From NCBI GenBank assembly GCA_019057815.1, contig JAHLWR010000019.1, forward strand, positions 3,400 to 67,399: 64,000 nucleotides of DNA, in the 5' to 3' direction. Origin of the DNA: Candidatus Heimdallarchaeota archaeon. GTDB taxonomy: Archaea; Asgardarchaeota; Heimdallarchaeia; Heimdallarchaeales; Heimdallarchaeaceae. The notes under the pieces are model-generated. The model ran no database searches and was not told the DNA's origin. It saw nothing but the letters and a program-made list of their open reading frames with translations. Both the position numbers and the translations under genes were made by a program. Below, in pieces: positions 37,201 through 46,205 of the stretch (its first letter is position 1; the number at the start of each line of letters is the position of its first letter).

Positions 37201-38922
37201 TACAGATTTAATAATAACAGAATCAGGTTGAACATCATCGTTAAATTGTACTATCCTAGATTCAATAGTTATTTTGTCCAAATAAGAACTAGGAAGTAAA
37301 GATGAGTATTTGTCATAAGTAAGCGTTGCTATGTCAAGGTTTGAACTATCCGGAGAGTGATCGATTTTGTATCTTCTGTATCTATCGAAAGGACTATTAA
37401 CAATAAAATAATCTTCGGCAATAGTGATTGTTTCTTTTGATATCCATTGTTCACCAAAAGAACGGATCTCGAAGGAACATGTATCCCTCCAACCGCCAAC
37501 GAGTACATCCAATGAAGCTGTTAGTGTAAGTTCTGTATTGAAAGCAGGGTCTATGCTGAGATCGTAATCTGTTTTACTATGAATACGATGTACATATTCA
37601 GGATAGGAAAATGTACCAATCTCACCAAAAGTATGTAGGATTTCGTCCATCCATGAGGTAGTAATTGATGTTTCATGGACGTTTGAACCCGGTTTGTAGA
37701 CATCATAATTGAGTTCTATATAAGAATAGCGAATATAATCTTGATAGTTAGGTGTAGTATTTTCGAAAATTCCATTCCAATAGTCTAAATACTCCCCATA
37801 ACCCTTCACTGTAGTATCTGTTTCACAGAAAGCATCAATATCCCAACTTTCTGAACGATAGTCTGTTCCCAGAGTTGGAGAGAAATAGAATTGTACTGTT
37901 GTTGTATCATTATCTTTTAAATCCAGAACCAAGTAATAATTTTCTGTAGAAAAGAAAATAGGCTCGTCAGTATCACTTTGAACAACAGTTAATACCCTTT
38001 GTGAACGAGTGTTGTACCACTTGCTAAGTGGTGCAGACATGTAATGTATAAATTCATCTACTAAATAGCCCAAAGTGTAACTAAAACTAATTGATTCAAT
38101 GTAAGAGTAATTATTAGGGTCATAATACCAGTAATCATCATCTGAAAATTCATTAACTCCTAATTCAATACCAAACCAAGGATTAGTATTTTCGCCAGTA
38201 CTTGGAAAATTGGTTTGGAAGTGATATATATTATTTTGACCTATAGCGTTTTCAATTGTATAAGGGCTACGCTGATTCATCCAACTCATTAAATCATTAG
38301 GACTGATTAAATTAAATCCTTCATTACTCCCATCACCAAAAGATATTTTATAAGTATGGTTGGCATTAAGGGTAATGTCTTGAGCACAATATAAAAACGA
38401 TTTTCCATTGAAGTCATATAGCGGAAAATCAGGTAATAATAACGTAGTATATGTTTGATGGGGCTCATCTAGGAACAAGGGATAGGCATTAGTATCATCA
38501 TAAAAGTCTGGATCTGGAGCATTATAACTAGAGTTTATCCAGTAATAATATGTATAATAATCATTGGTATTTTGCCCCATTTTAAAAGTCTTTAAACGAC
38601 CTTCATTAACATAGAAACTGTCTGCTACAGAGAAATAATAAGGGTAAATATGGAAATCATAACTTGTGTAATCCCAATACCAAGATTCCCAAGTACCATC
38701 ATCTTTGTTATAATCCTGAGTTGCAGCAATGCAAAACTTTCCTTCTCCTATAGTGTCAAAATAATTTGTTGTCATATTATTTTGTGATTCAAAGTCATTA
38801 TAATAATAGTCGTCAATATAGTCATGCTCTTGAAATATAAGATTCTGAACTACATTCAGATAAATCGTTCCCAGAAAAGTCATACCTAATTTGGTAAAGT
38901 TTAAGATAATCGATTGTAGCAC
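31222..38922 (-). CDS. Giant surface protein (up to 2566 aa) with repeated beta-sandwich/Ig-like and jelly-roll-like modules and a C-terminal TM anchor
   Basis: It is an uninterrupted ORF. Many ~100-aa units are bounded by DxxxP (for example DTIAPVYADI, DKIAPSISS, DLYAPNQPT, DTTPPSVTS). The C-terminal TM is IVLPVVIVGLSLCIIVSVIF followed by RSKLRIGK. The start is uncertain: GTG at 38922, ATG at 38883 or ATG at 38775. Confidence 0.8.
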   Translation of the reverse strand: MLQSIILNFTKLGMTFLGTIYLNVVQNLIFQEHDYIDDYYYNDFESQNNMTTNYFDTIGEGKFCIAATQDYNKDDGTWESWYWDYTSYDFHIYPYYFSVADSFYVNEGRLKTFKMGQNTNDYYTYYYWINSSYNAPDPDFYDDTNAYPLFLDEPHQTYTTLLLPDFPLYDFNGKSFLYCAQDITLNANHTYKISFGDGSNEGFNLISPNDLMSWMNQRSPYTIENAIGQNNIYHFQTNFPSTGENTNPWFGIELGVNEFSDDDYWYYDPNNYSYIESISFSYTLGYLVDEFIHYMSAPLSKWYNTRSQRVLTVVQSDTDEPIFFSTENYYLVLDLKDNDTTTVQFYFSPTLGTDYRSESWDIDAFCETDTTVKGYGEYLDYWNGIFENTTPNYQDYIRYSYIELNYDVYKPGSNVHETSITTSWMDEILHTFGEIGTFSYPEYVHRIHSKTDYDLSIDPAFNTELTLTASLDVLVGGWRDTCSFEIRSFGEQWISKETITIAEDYFIVNSPFDRYRRYKIDHSPDSSNLDIATLTYDKYSSLLPSSYLDKITIESRIVQFNDDVQPDSVIIKSVTIYDILDNEYLIYDSSTPYYFVDEYYRTLEFSIKDILPESIFSFKKLIVTYESNCVNSTSYWLEIDDIEFIFRNDYDPESKFMIDIYGPELQDSTLTNFISTTNSPDTFTFEGTLYDFTGVEQADFYYMRDWTNWDEWYDTLYDGNHYSAMIDNTDPDWILFGTIYNQNTFSFSNIPSVDEPYTISRLFIKIITVDTLGNGGEGEEIIEFYWVEDVEEPLLAEINTHTEYNYDTQNIDFQINLKDWSGIDETIGVGLWIYVAYGTETEPSTSYYFPMSMVAGGNEYNGIYGVSVTNTDIDWYTDGFLTYHYVYSDIYGNMGTFSNVTVDLTDGIDPYVYSNDINHIYPSSINPGYSFDVILRARDEFSNPVTIQMSYYVYDESAGTTSYQSGTINMDYDSYWNIIEGETYRGFVYTITPTECGGYEYNDQIVITFLIRDAQGNLLTLSGHYILWVVDTIAPVYADIDLPNGLGNDQSYLVQVATEDNLGGSGIERAYIYYSQDNISWFDHQMTFVLEFNGVSHFDSYIAQSYLDAGLDLYYYTVVYDNKNNAYTSEIFFYDIPDKIAPSISSTELKPSKAWDWEDVSLGWDGMGMTKTVDNDYIHLVSVGGTWRCVEVDLQSNPFSTEYYSQLSFRYRIPQKVSNSINRIRILFYIEPFGATSDSYWFNINDDGDWHTVTTTLNTDKTYCYIRLYITNTTEGSTPYSMNGDTIDIDFFEILPNVSNDDVGYLDNGYINTVITTNGEDPSSVVFRYTINGGGTITFTMTLNDETGKYEVIIPQYYYEYVINGEIRATSSGGTVNAYNLDFTIIDNVKPIITISSISVFKESCDGTITIDIDEIDPTINQLTHDGVNVRHKLLGDSPPWSFADIPESPGTHFTATILGGTYVTDDVIEVIISVGDNNGNAGSKIIYIIVMENVAPTVQSVNAPDSAWDVAIPVEITLNDLTGVDANTVQFKHKTPSGAWTSYVTMSTSDNVVFSSTINDDDHVDVYTIQCYVIFSDTLGNPGSHTFYVESLDLYAPNQPTLNNPPDYVDINNNAEDTSATIKVSSIDNGPTGDYYCSSGEYRYKEISDYATNYLNDPWDFDEDLDGWDSSFYSSRSSTGGNLELTVDSSGTRYYYGVYNYLTSPIDMLNSGYNLFKIKVKITELPIGATACRLSVGIASNPSNFWASDTWRYSGWTITQINTWYEFEYYFDSFHADTDATDINLLRIQLQSNDASKYFSPNSAKFMVDDIRLINENSVGWSSWQSLSFYSDNELAFILQDFDEIYLGDTINYEVKMYDNSNNPSAVTSGTLAIDDHYAPGISSYYIVDDYGDNGDLPVSATIISTGYDILAVSFDYYTTDPNSRTYLTVTQNGNSFSATIPNSAMNLGDTIHCRWVASDNRPISSNFNYVTQVVEIIFDETGPEVVSLSHNGGTDNIIQYDETLEVYVTISDSTEIDEIASAKIYIKPHYSSTWTYLGWMTQHPFLYQNFDMTLPSSAFTWQPNGDAYRWYDIKIDAKDSNYNWGTHIVENFIKIDDYQDPIYQTYSISDSTIYEDETFWLYFDFVDSEESMGSSGMDYVQLKYQTKAEGESTWSDWVYYSGTMDVEDSNTWKKNVGAWTDLGGGQVRFQAKGWDKANNNVFSSTVTVDIIGFDTTPPSVTSYGKSGVPEVGTAVTVYAYVSEPDSPLTVEVEWYVNGQSHQTNTMIHGSGTYYHYDYVMAWVVAGVRTYYRIIATSDGGTTTTAYKYFTSEGGFQWLLKEQRLLDWSFDKITHEFSTAFELPVIDYYVMLNIKESTGEYLQYPLLSNTQELDKASAIIDLLYKEEIEFYISVFNDYHKIYSSDVYNYEIGDIYYPEILEVNIPQLVNISDQIDVNAIIKEKNVNDVQLEFLREDDNKVLEVYKDKTMRLKDGKYYVSFKAKDFPGYCLRIKVSDTSGHETVSKIYYLYTLNNGSNDNTIVLPVVIVGLSLCIIVSVIFRSKLRIGKTFSLKSIKNSNFSWRMK

Positions 38923-41900
38923 AGAAATTATCGTAATATTCAGGATAAATTCTCAATTCTATTCCCCAGAATTCTTCAGGACGAGAAAGGGAAGAATAAT
39001 AAGTGCCATTACTGTTTATGTCATTAATTAGAATGGACCAAACAGCGTCAGGACTATATTCATAATCTGTAAATTGAGTTGGAACTGATTCATCATACGA
39101 ATGGTCATAAGCCATATTAATATAATTTGGACCATTCCAAGCATAATAATTTAGAGCTACAACATCTATTTTACAATTTGTTACTTCTGAGAACATAATT
39201 TTGAAAAATGGCATAGCTTTTGAGAAACTTAGAGGAATACGAACTTTAATACATCTTTCTGAATTAGGTAAATCATTTACATCATAATTATACGTGTCAG
39301 AATTTGTATAATCATCAACCTTAAAACCCTCATCATGATATCCTGGTCCATCCTCCAAATAGGGTCCATCTGTGTCTGAGATTTTAAGAAATCCATCCCT
39401 AGCTATTGCATTACTATCCCATTCACCGCATTCTGGATTATTCATATCAAAGCCTGAATAGGGGTTTTTACTCATCAAAAATTGGTTTAAAGGTTGTTTG
39501 ATAAGATAGTTGCCAAGATCATATTCACCATACTGCCCATTGCCACCGTAATAGAGAGGATTAAGTGTCCATAATTCTTGCTCTGTTTCACTCCATGATT
39601 CTCCTGTTGCATCAAATAATATATCATAAGCATCTCTTCCGTTATCAAATTCTAATTTTTCTACATTTAAAGTATATATAACTTCTTCATTTGATTTATC
39701 AAAATCATAAGCGTAAATAGCTGCAGTATGTCTTCCTACTTGATCTCCATACTCGTAGTTAGAGATACGATAAGGTGTATAAAGTAAATCGTAAAAGTGA
39801 TCCCAAGCGGGTTCAAATGTAGTGTCACACCCTGGTGGATAATCGATGTCCCACAAATCTACTCCATAACCTTCAAAATCCTCAAAGCCTTCAAGAGTAC
39901 CATCTCTCCTCCAAGTACCTGGAATCGGAGTAATACCATCATCCATATAAACTATAGCAGGAATACCATCACTAAGAATTAAGGATACATCATCATTGGG
40001 ATATTCACTGAAATCCTCAATTAATAATGCTTGTCTTGATTCAAAATGTTCGATGACTCCAACATCAAAAGTGTTTCCACCGTAGTCACCAGCTATTTTA
40101 GTAGGTAGAGTTGCTCCACTCCTACTATCAATTTGCAAATTCCAATATTCATCCATGAAATAGATGTAATAATCAATAACGTTTCCAATATCAATTTCGT
40201 TAGTATCAAAATCAAGTGTTACGTCAAAATGATAAACTGTTAACTCACCAAGAGGTTCAGTTGAAGTTAAAAATGTAGGATTAGCGTCATACGAACAGAA
40301 ATATTTCAAATCCCAAGAATAAGAGTTAGTCCAAGGTTCAAGCAACATACTATTGTAAATACCATAATAAACATACCCTTCAACATCACTTCTATCAATT
40401 AAATTGAAAGATATAGAAGCTGTAAAAGTGGGAGGAGAGAGTATTTCGACATCTACTTCCTCACTAATGAGGGGTTTATCACCATCAACAAGAGTGATTA
40501 ATAGCGATTGTTCGAGAGGATATGATTTTTCATTTACTTCATCATATACATCTACAATTACCAGTTTAAATGTCATATCCTTTTCTGGTGACCAGTAATT
40601 ATCCGAACTTGGTCTTGTAATAACAAAAGTGTAATTATAGGTATTTCCTTCATGCCAATATCTATCCCAATCGATCCTTCCAGGATAATCTTTATCTTCA
40701 ATTGTTCCTACTAAGGATATCGATTGAATCATAGAATGATCTCTAACTGTTAACCTAATTTCTATGTCTTGATTATATCTAGCATGAATGTTATCGGGTT
40801 CATAATTTAAAACTGTAAAGGAATTTGTATCATATTCTGGTGGTGTAATATCTTGAATTATTATTGTTCTAACACTTGAAGTTATTTTATTTCCTTCTCC
40901 ATCTTCTATAATTGCGTACCAATAAAGATATCCCGCAACATAGAGGTCATAGCCATAAATTGTTAGAGAATAGTTATTATTAACTGTAGGTTCGAGTAAA
41001 AGAACGTTTTCTTCTCCTTCCCACATAGCGCTTTGAGACGTATCCAAAGGATTAGTCCAACAAATCGATACGCTTTTTATACCTGAATGTTCATCAGATA
41101 CTAAATCTACTTGTAAGTCTACTTGTGTATCAATATTTATAGTAGTGGCTGTTTCATTAACAATAAAGGTAGGCAAAACTGTTTCAGAAACAAATACAGA
41201 ATGAAGGTTTGATTGTTTAATATTATTGAATGTGTCACTTGCTGAGACATAATATTCTATTGTCATATTATAGTTGAAAGAAGTTAAAGAGAAATTATCG
41301 GGATATAAATGGTAATAGAATTCACTAGTAGTGATATTTATCATAGAAATAGGAGTTTCAGAAAATGGTTTGTCGGGATCAAAAATTTCATCATCATCAA
41401 AATATCTATAATAAAGTAGAGGGATGTTGATTTCACTATTATCATTGACTAAACATCCAACGGGAATATATTCATCAGTAAAATCTATTCCGTAAACATC
41501 ATTTACAGATAAAGTTGGTGGAAGACCATCAACAACAGTTAAGATAAGATTACCATACTCTGATACTTTATTGGTATAAACTGTTTGACGATAATCTGTA
41601 AGCGAGAGATAACAGTCGATTGTAGTATCTTGTCCAATAGGTAGATAATTTCCGTGATAAACAGCATAATCGTTGTCGGTAGAATAACCTGTTTTTTGCA
41701 ATCTGATTTTATCTATAATTAATGTGTCAGAATCAAACAGACCACTATAACAAGTGAATTCCAGCCATATTTTTTTAGTGTTTTGAATATTAGAATTTGT
41801 AATATTAAGGTCATGGATGTTTATAGTATTAAAGGAATTTTTTTGAAGTAACTCATCTCCTGTCCAAGCATAATCTCCTCCTATACTATCTTTTATTCCT

Positions 41901-43477
41901 GTAAATAAAATAGTATTTTGAGTAACAGCTTTCCACGTGAAAGCAAAATTATTATACAGTTCAAAATTAACATAATCTTTTAGATCAATACCAATGTAAG
42001 CAATATTAGTATTATCAAAAGTTAGTTCAATGTAACTATCTGTTCCTGTATTATTCCATTTTACCCAATTGATATAACTTTCTTCTAGATACAATCCATC
42101 AAAAGTGCTATCATATAGAAGTTCATTATCATATTCCATATTTTCACAGAAACTTATACCATCATCACCATATTCACCAATATAATTCAAATAATCAGTA
42201 TCATCTCTTAATAATGATACTCCATGAGTACCATAGTTGTCTTCAAACCAAGCTGTTACATGATAGGTACGAATATTATCGTAAACATAAGCTTCAATAT
42301 TAGCTGTGTCTTCTTTGTTATATTTTAGTTCTGTTTCTTCATTCGTAAAGAGAAGGTGATTAGAGACTATGGATGAAGGAATTTCATCAAAAACAGAGAA
42401 TAAATATTTTTTAACTAAAGTTGTATCTGTTTGTCCATCACCATCTGAATCATAGATAATGTTCAGCTGTACTTCTAGTGTTCCCCTTTGATGAGTAGGA
42501 GCCATATATCCTTCAAATAAATATTTATTATTTCTCTCCCAAATAGTACCAGTACGACATTGTATTGAGTTAATATAACAAGGGGCATAAACACTCATTT
42601 CTAATATTGATTCTTTATAAAATATTTCCGCGTATATTGTTACACCATCTTCTGTTGTAGGAACAGAGGGACTCAAGTAAACATTATTGACAAAAGGTTC
42701 ATTACCTATAACTTTTATTTCTTCAACTCTCGTATAACCTGTCTGATCGTGTTCGTCTGTAGCATTAACCCAATAATAGATAATATCATCAATACTCGCA
42801 TCTAGAGATTCAGGAGAAGGAATCTCAAAAATACAATTAATCATATCTTGTTCTTCAAAAAATGTTGGAGATTTAGATGCTGTGGCTATATCACCGAAGT
42901 TAATCCTATAACTAAGGTGGATGTCGACTTCACCACCATTGATATAGTTAATATCGTCTGCATCATAAATAGAGTAGTTAAATGAGATAGATGTTATCTG
43001 ATCATATGTAACAAAAGACGGATTTTCATCATTAGAGTCTATTCTTGGTTCTCCATCTTCAGCTACACGATAATAATATCTCAACGAAGTAGTGGAAGCG
43101 TTATATTCTCCAGCATCATATAATTCTACAACATAACTTACAACCGTTCCAACTTCTTTTTTTGGTATCACTCCCCAATAAACTGCTCCTTGCGACCAAA
43201 AAGCTGTAATATATTTCATTGGAACAACAGTTGTTATACCGCTTACGTCATAGAGTAAACTGACTGAACTAATTCCATCTGTGCTGTTTGCGTCAACGAA
43301 CACAGTAACGTTGTCGAACTGGTTTGGATGCGCATGTGAACGCCAAACATCTATAACATTTGGACCATAAACTGTATCTGCTGAAACATTTATAGCTGTT
43401 GAAATTATTGGGGCTATAAAAAGCCATAAAATTACTGAAAAAACTAGTTTTTGATTGATTGTATTTTTTCTTTTCAT
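38822..43477 (-). CDS. Giant secreted protein (1551 aa) with a signal peptide and beta-sandwich and jelly-roll-like modules but no C-terminal anchor
   Basis: The ATG at 43475-43477 is preceded by AGGAG 9 nt upstream. The signal is LVFSVILWLFIAPIISTAINVSA. Modules end in IIDKIRLQK and IDYLKLYQI. Confidence 0.85.
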   Translation of the reverse strand: MKRKNTINQKLVFSVILWLFIAPIISTAINVSADTVYGPNVIDVWRSHAHPNQFDNVTVFVDANSTDGISSVSLLYDVSGITTVVPMKYITAFWSQGAVYWGVIPKKEVGTVVSYVVELYDAGEYNASTTSLRYYYRVAEDGEPRIDSNDENPSFVTYDQITSISFNYSIYDADDINYINGGEVDIHLSYRINFGDIATASKSPTFFEEQDMINCIFEIPSPESLDASIDDIIYYWVNATDEHDQTGYTRVEEIKVIGNEPFVNNVYLSPSVPTTEDGVTIYAEIFYKESILEMSVYAPCYINSIQCRTGTIWERNNKYLFEGYMAPTHQRGTLEVQLNIIYDSDGDGQTDTTLVKKYLFSVFDEIPSSIVSNHLLFTNEETELKYNKEDTANIEAYVYDNIRTYHVTAWFEDNYGTHGVSLLRDDTDYLNYIGEYGDDGISFCENMEYDNELLYDSTFDGLYLEESYINWVKWNNTGTDSYIELTFDNTNIAYIGIDLKDYVNFELYNNFAFTWKAVTQNTILFTGIKDSIGGDYAWTGDELLQKNSFNTINIHDLNITNSNIQNTKKIWLEFTCYSGLFDSDTLIIDKIRLQKTGYSTDNDYAVYHGNYLPIGQDTTIDCYLSLTDYRQTVYTNKVSEYGNLILTVVDGLPPTLSVNDVYGIDFTDEYIPVGCLVNDNSEINIPLLYYRYFDDDEIFDPDKPFSETPISMINITTSEFYYHLYPDNFSLTSFNYNMTIEYYVSASDTFNNIKQSNLHSVFVSETVLPTFIVNETATTINIDTQVDLQVDLVSDEHSGIKSVSICWTNPLDTSQSAMWEGEENVLLLEPTVNNNYSLTIYGYDLYVAGYLYWYAIIEDGEGNKITSSVRTIIIQDITPPEYDTNSFTVLNYEPDNIHARYNQDIEIRLTVRDHSMIQSISLVGTIEDKDYPGRIDWDRYWHEGNTYNYTFVITRPSSDNYWSPEKDMTFKLVIVDVYDEVNEKSYPLEQSLLITLVDGDKPLISEEVDVEILSPPTFTASISFNLIDRSDVEGYVYYGIYNSMLLEPWTNSYSWDLKYFCSYDANPTFLTSTEPLGELTVYHFDVTLDFDTNEIDIGNVIDYYIYFMDEYWNLQIDSRSGATLPTKIAGDYGGNTFDVGVIEHFESRQALLIEDFSEYPNDDVSLILSDGIPAIVYMDDGITPIPGTWRRDGTLEGFEDFEGYGVDLWDIDYPPGCDTTFEPAWDHFYDLLYTPYRISNYEYGDQVGRHTAAIYAYDFDKSNEEVIYTLNVEKLEFDNGRDAYDILFDATGESWSETEQELWTLNPLYYGGNGQYGEYDLGNYLIKQPLNQFLMSKNPYSGFDMNNPECGEWDSNAIARDGFLKISDTDGPYLEDGPGYHDEGFKVDDYTNSDTYNYDVNDLPNSERCIKVRIPLSFSKAMPFFKIMFSEVTNCKIDVVALNYYAWNGPNYINMAYDHSYDESVPTQFTDYEYSPDAVWSILINDINSNGTYYSSLSRPEEFWGIELRIYPEYYDNFCATIDYLKLYQIRYDFSGNDLSECSSESYISRA

Positions 43478-43490
43478 TTTCTTTTTCTCC

Positions 43491-46205
43491 TTATTTTTTC
43501 TTTCTTATTCTTATAACCATACTAACTGTGAAAATGACAAGTATCGCTGATGCTACACTTATTCCTATAATCATTCCTTGATTCCCTCCTCCGTTATCTG
43601 TTGGCTGAGTGCTATTTGTTGTATCAGTAGTTGTAGTCGAAATTGTTTCAGTAGTTGTTGTCGTAGTTTCATGTTGAAGGTTGAACATTCTTTCTAAGGT
43701 TGTCGTTCGATTGAATTCATCTGTTACTTCAACAGATATTTGGATAGACTCTTTTTCTTCGTAGTCTGCTGGATCAAGCATAAATTCGTAGATATATTCT
43801 ACATTATTGGGTTCTGTTTCAAAGTAAGTTTGTTCATCAACTTCTAAAACAAATTTCCTTATGTTGTTTCCATCTTCGCAAGTGAAAAAGATTGTTGTTT
43901 GTTCCGAGAATGTCTCATCATTAGGTTCTGAACAGTTTATTATTGGTGGATCAACATCGTTTTTCCAAGTGTAAACTATGTATTCACATTCATACCATGG
44001 TTCTGTAGTAAAGTTGAATATTAGTGTGTGTTCTCCATCCTCTATTTCAGTGATATAATACTCTCCTGGTTTAGATTTATATTTCTCAATACTTTGTCCA
44101 TCCATAGTTATAGAGAGGTAACCATTACGGAAATCCACGTCTATATTCAGGTTAGGACTTACTCTTGTAGGTTCATAGATTAAAAGATCTCTGATTACAA
44201 AGATGGGTTCAAGTGTTGTATATACTGACATTGTAAGGTCAACATGAGTATCGTCTTCTAAGTATCGAACAATGATAAAGACATCCTTCCCATTTCCCAC
44301 CATACCTGTGAGTCCTACTGCTCCCCAGTTCCCCCCATTTATTGTTGTTTCTTCATCTTCTAAATAACTTACACTATAACAAGGATCTTCAAAGAATGCC
44401 CATACATGTATAGAATTAGTAGCTGTCCAATTAAGAGTATAATGAAATTCTTCATAAGTTTTAAATTTGTAGACTTTGGTAAGTTGCTCATTTAAACTTA
44501 TATCACAAGCAAAATCTGTTCGTTCGTCGATAAATGGTCGGAAACTTATCTCTTCGGGTTCAGAATAGTAAAAGTCTCCATAGCCTTGTGCGCTGTCAGG
44601 ATTATGATATGTTCGTTCTGGAATACCATACCAATTAATATCTGGAAGGTATTCGTAATCTACAAATTCAACGGTATTCATTATTATTTGATTTTTTATC
44701 CTTACAACGTTATACCAATCCCATTCCCAATCATAGTTGTTAGTAAATGATAAAGCTACTCCTGATATTAACGCTGCTGAGAAACTTGTCCCTACACCAG
44801 AAGTCAAACTATCATTTAAACTGCTATTAGCACAAGTTATCTGGGGGTTAGCTATAATTCCTTCATCAGTGTTGATATAATATGATCCTCCAGGTGCTAA
44901 AAGTTCGGGTTTTATCCATACACTATATCTACATGAGTAGGTTGTTAGTTGGTGATAAGCGTTATACGCTCCTACTGTTATAGCTTTTCGACTAAGTCCA
45001 GGAGATGCTATTTGTATGTTTGGTCCATTGTTTCCTGCTGCTGCTATTACACATAAACCATTTTCGCATAATTCATTTACTGCATCAGTTACTTCTGAAA
45101 CATAAACATCCCATGCAAAAGACAAATTAACTGTTGTAACATTATATTCTTCTTTTATACCTAAAAGATAGTCACAAGCGTCTAAGAAGGTCGATGTTGT
45201 CCCTATACCTTCATCGTCCAGAACTTTCAATATGACCATATTAGCTAGTGGTACTATTCCATGATAAGGTGAATAACTGTCACTTGTCACTGTGCTGTTA
45301 ATCGTTAAAGGTTCATCAGAGAGGATTTTAGTCAATGAAACGTTGAACATACCGAAAAAGCTTATATTGTGAGGTGAAGTGTAAGTTATATTCTGTTCCT
45401 CTCCACTGAAAACTAAATCTGTAGCAAGGACATGTTTGGTTATACTCCCATTTCTATATAATTCTATGAAACTTACAGTTGCTAAAGCGTTAGTCATATT
45501 ATAAATTGTAAATGTTGCTGATTCGTCTTCTAGCAGTTTTAGACCATCAAATTGTTTGAATAAATCATCATTATCGTTTCTTTCTATCCACTTGTATTCT
45601 AACCCTTCAGTTTGTTTTCCTGCTATTATCGAAGCCATAGCTGTTCCATGACCAGAATAATCGCAAGGTTCATCGTAAAGATCTCCATAAGTGTCGTAAT
45701 CTGCTCCTACAAAATCTTTCCAATCCAGTAATTGTTCTTGATCGAACATCAAGTGATTGATATTTATCCCACTATCCATTATACATACAGTGTGAGATCC
45801 TTTTTCAAACGAATTATCAGGTGAGATACCCATTAACTCTTGAGTACTGAGCATCTGAGCAGTCATCAACTGGTCTTTGTAGATTTTCAATCCTTTCAGA
45901 GTTAGCTCTTGTTCTGCTTTTTCGCTATCACTGACTCTATAGATTGTTAATCCCAGATTTCTCAAAACTTTTTGTCTTGTTAACCCTTCTATTTGTCCTT
46001 CTATTCCTTGAACGATTATTGTTTCTCTATCTTCTAGATTATATTCTTGGTTAGTGAACGGTGGTTGAACTGAATAATTCTTTTCACCTTCATTTTTCTC
46101 AACGCCAAAGGAATAGATCGATTCTACTTTACTGATAGAGGAACAACTTGAGAAAAGCAGTAGATTCACTAGTAATAATACATACAAACTGCTCTTTAAT
46201 CTCAA
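43491..46205 (-). CDS. Subtilisin-like serine protease (peptidase S8), membrane anchored
   Basis: The catalytic context is D in VCIMDSGI, H in SGHGTAMAS, N in AAAGNNGPN and S in GVGTSFSAA. The N-terminal signal ends in the lipobox-like LLFSSC. A Thr-rich stalk (HETTTTTTETISTTTTDTT) precedes the C-terminal TM IIGISVASAILVIFTVSMVI and RIRKKK. The TTG start overlaps the upstream TGA as TTGA. Confidence 0.9.
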   Translation of the reverse strand: MRLKSSLYVLLLVNLLLFSSCSSISKVESIYSFGVEKNEGEKNYSVQPPFTNQEYNLEDRETIIVQGIEGQIEGLTRQKVLRNLGLTIYRVSDSEKAEQELTLKGLKIYKDQLMTAQMLSTQELMGISPDNSFEKGSHTVCIMDSGININHLMFDQEQLLDWKDFVGADYDTYGDLYDEPCDYSGHGTAMASIIAGKQTEGLEYKWIERNDNDDLFKQFDGLKLLEDESATFTIYNMTNALATVSFIELYRNGSITKHVLATDLVFSGEEQNITYTSPHNISFFGMFNVSLTKILSDEPLTINSTVTSDSYSPYHGIVPLANMVILKVLDDEGIGTTSTFLDACDYLLGIKEEYNVTTVNLSFAWDVYVSEVTDAVNELCENGLCVIAAAGNNGPNIQIASPGLSRKAITVGAYNAYHQLTTYSCRYSVWIKPELLAPGGSYYINTDEGIIANPQITCANSSLNDSLTSGVGTSFSAALISGVALSFTNNYDWEWDWYNVVRIKNQIIMNTVEFVDYEYLPDINWYGIPERTYHNPDSAQGYGDFYYSEPEEISFRPFIDERTDFACDISLNEQLTKVYKFKTYEEFHYTLNWTATNSIHVWAFFEDPCYSVSYLEDEETTINGGNWGAVGLTGMVGNGKDVFIIVRYLEDDTHVDLTMSVYTTLEPIFVIRDLLIYEPTRVSPNLNIDVDFRNGYLSITMDGQSIEKYKSKPGEYYITEIEDGEHTLIFNFTTEPWYECEYIVYTWKNDVDPPIINCSEPNDETFSEQTTIFFTCEDGNNIRKFVLEVDEQTYFETEPNNVEYIYEFMLDPADYEEKESIQISVEVTDEFNRTTTLERMFNLQHETTTTTTETISTTTTDTTNSTQPTDNGGGNQGMIIGISVASAILVIFTVSMVIRIRKKK

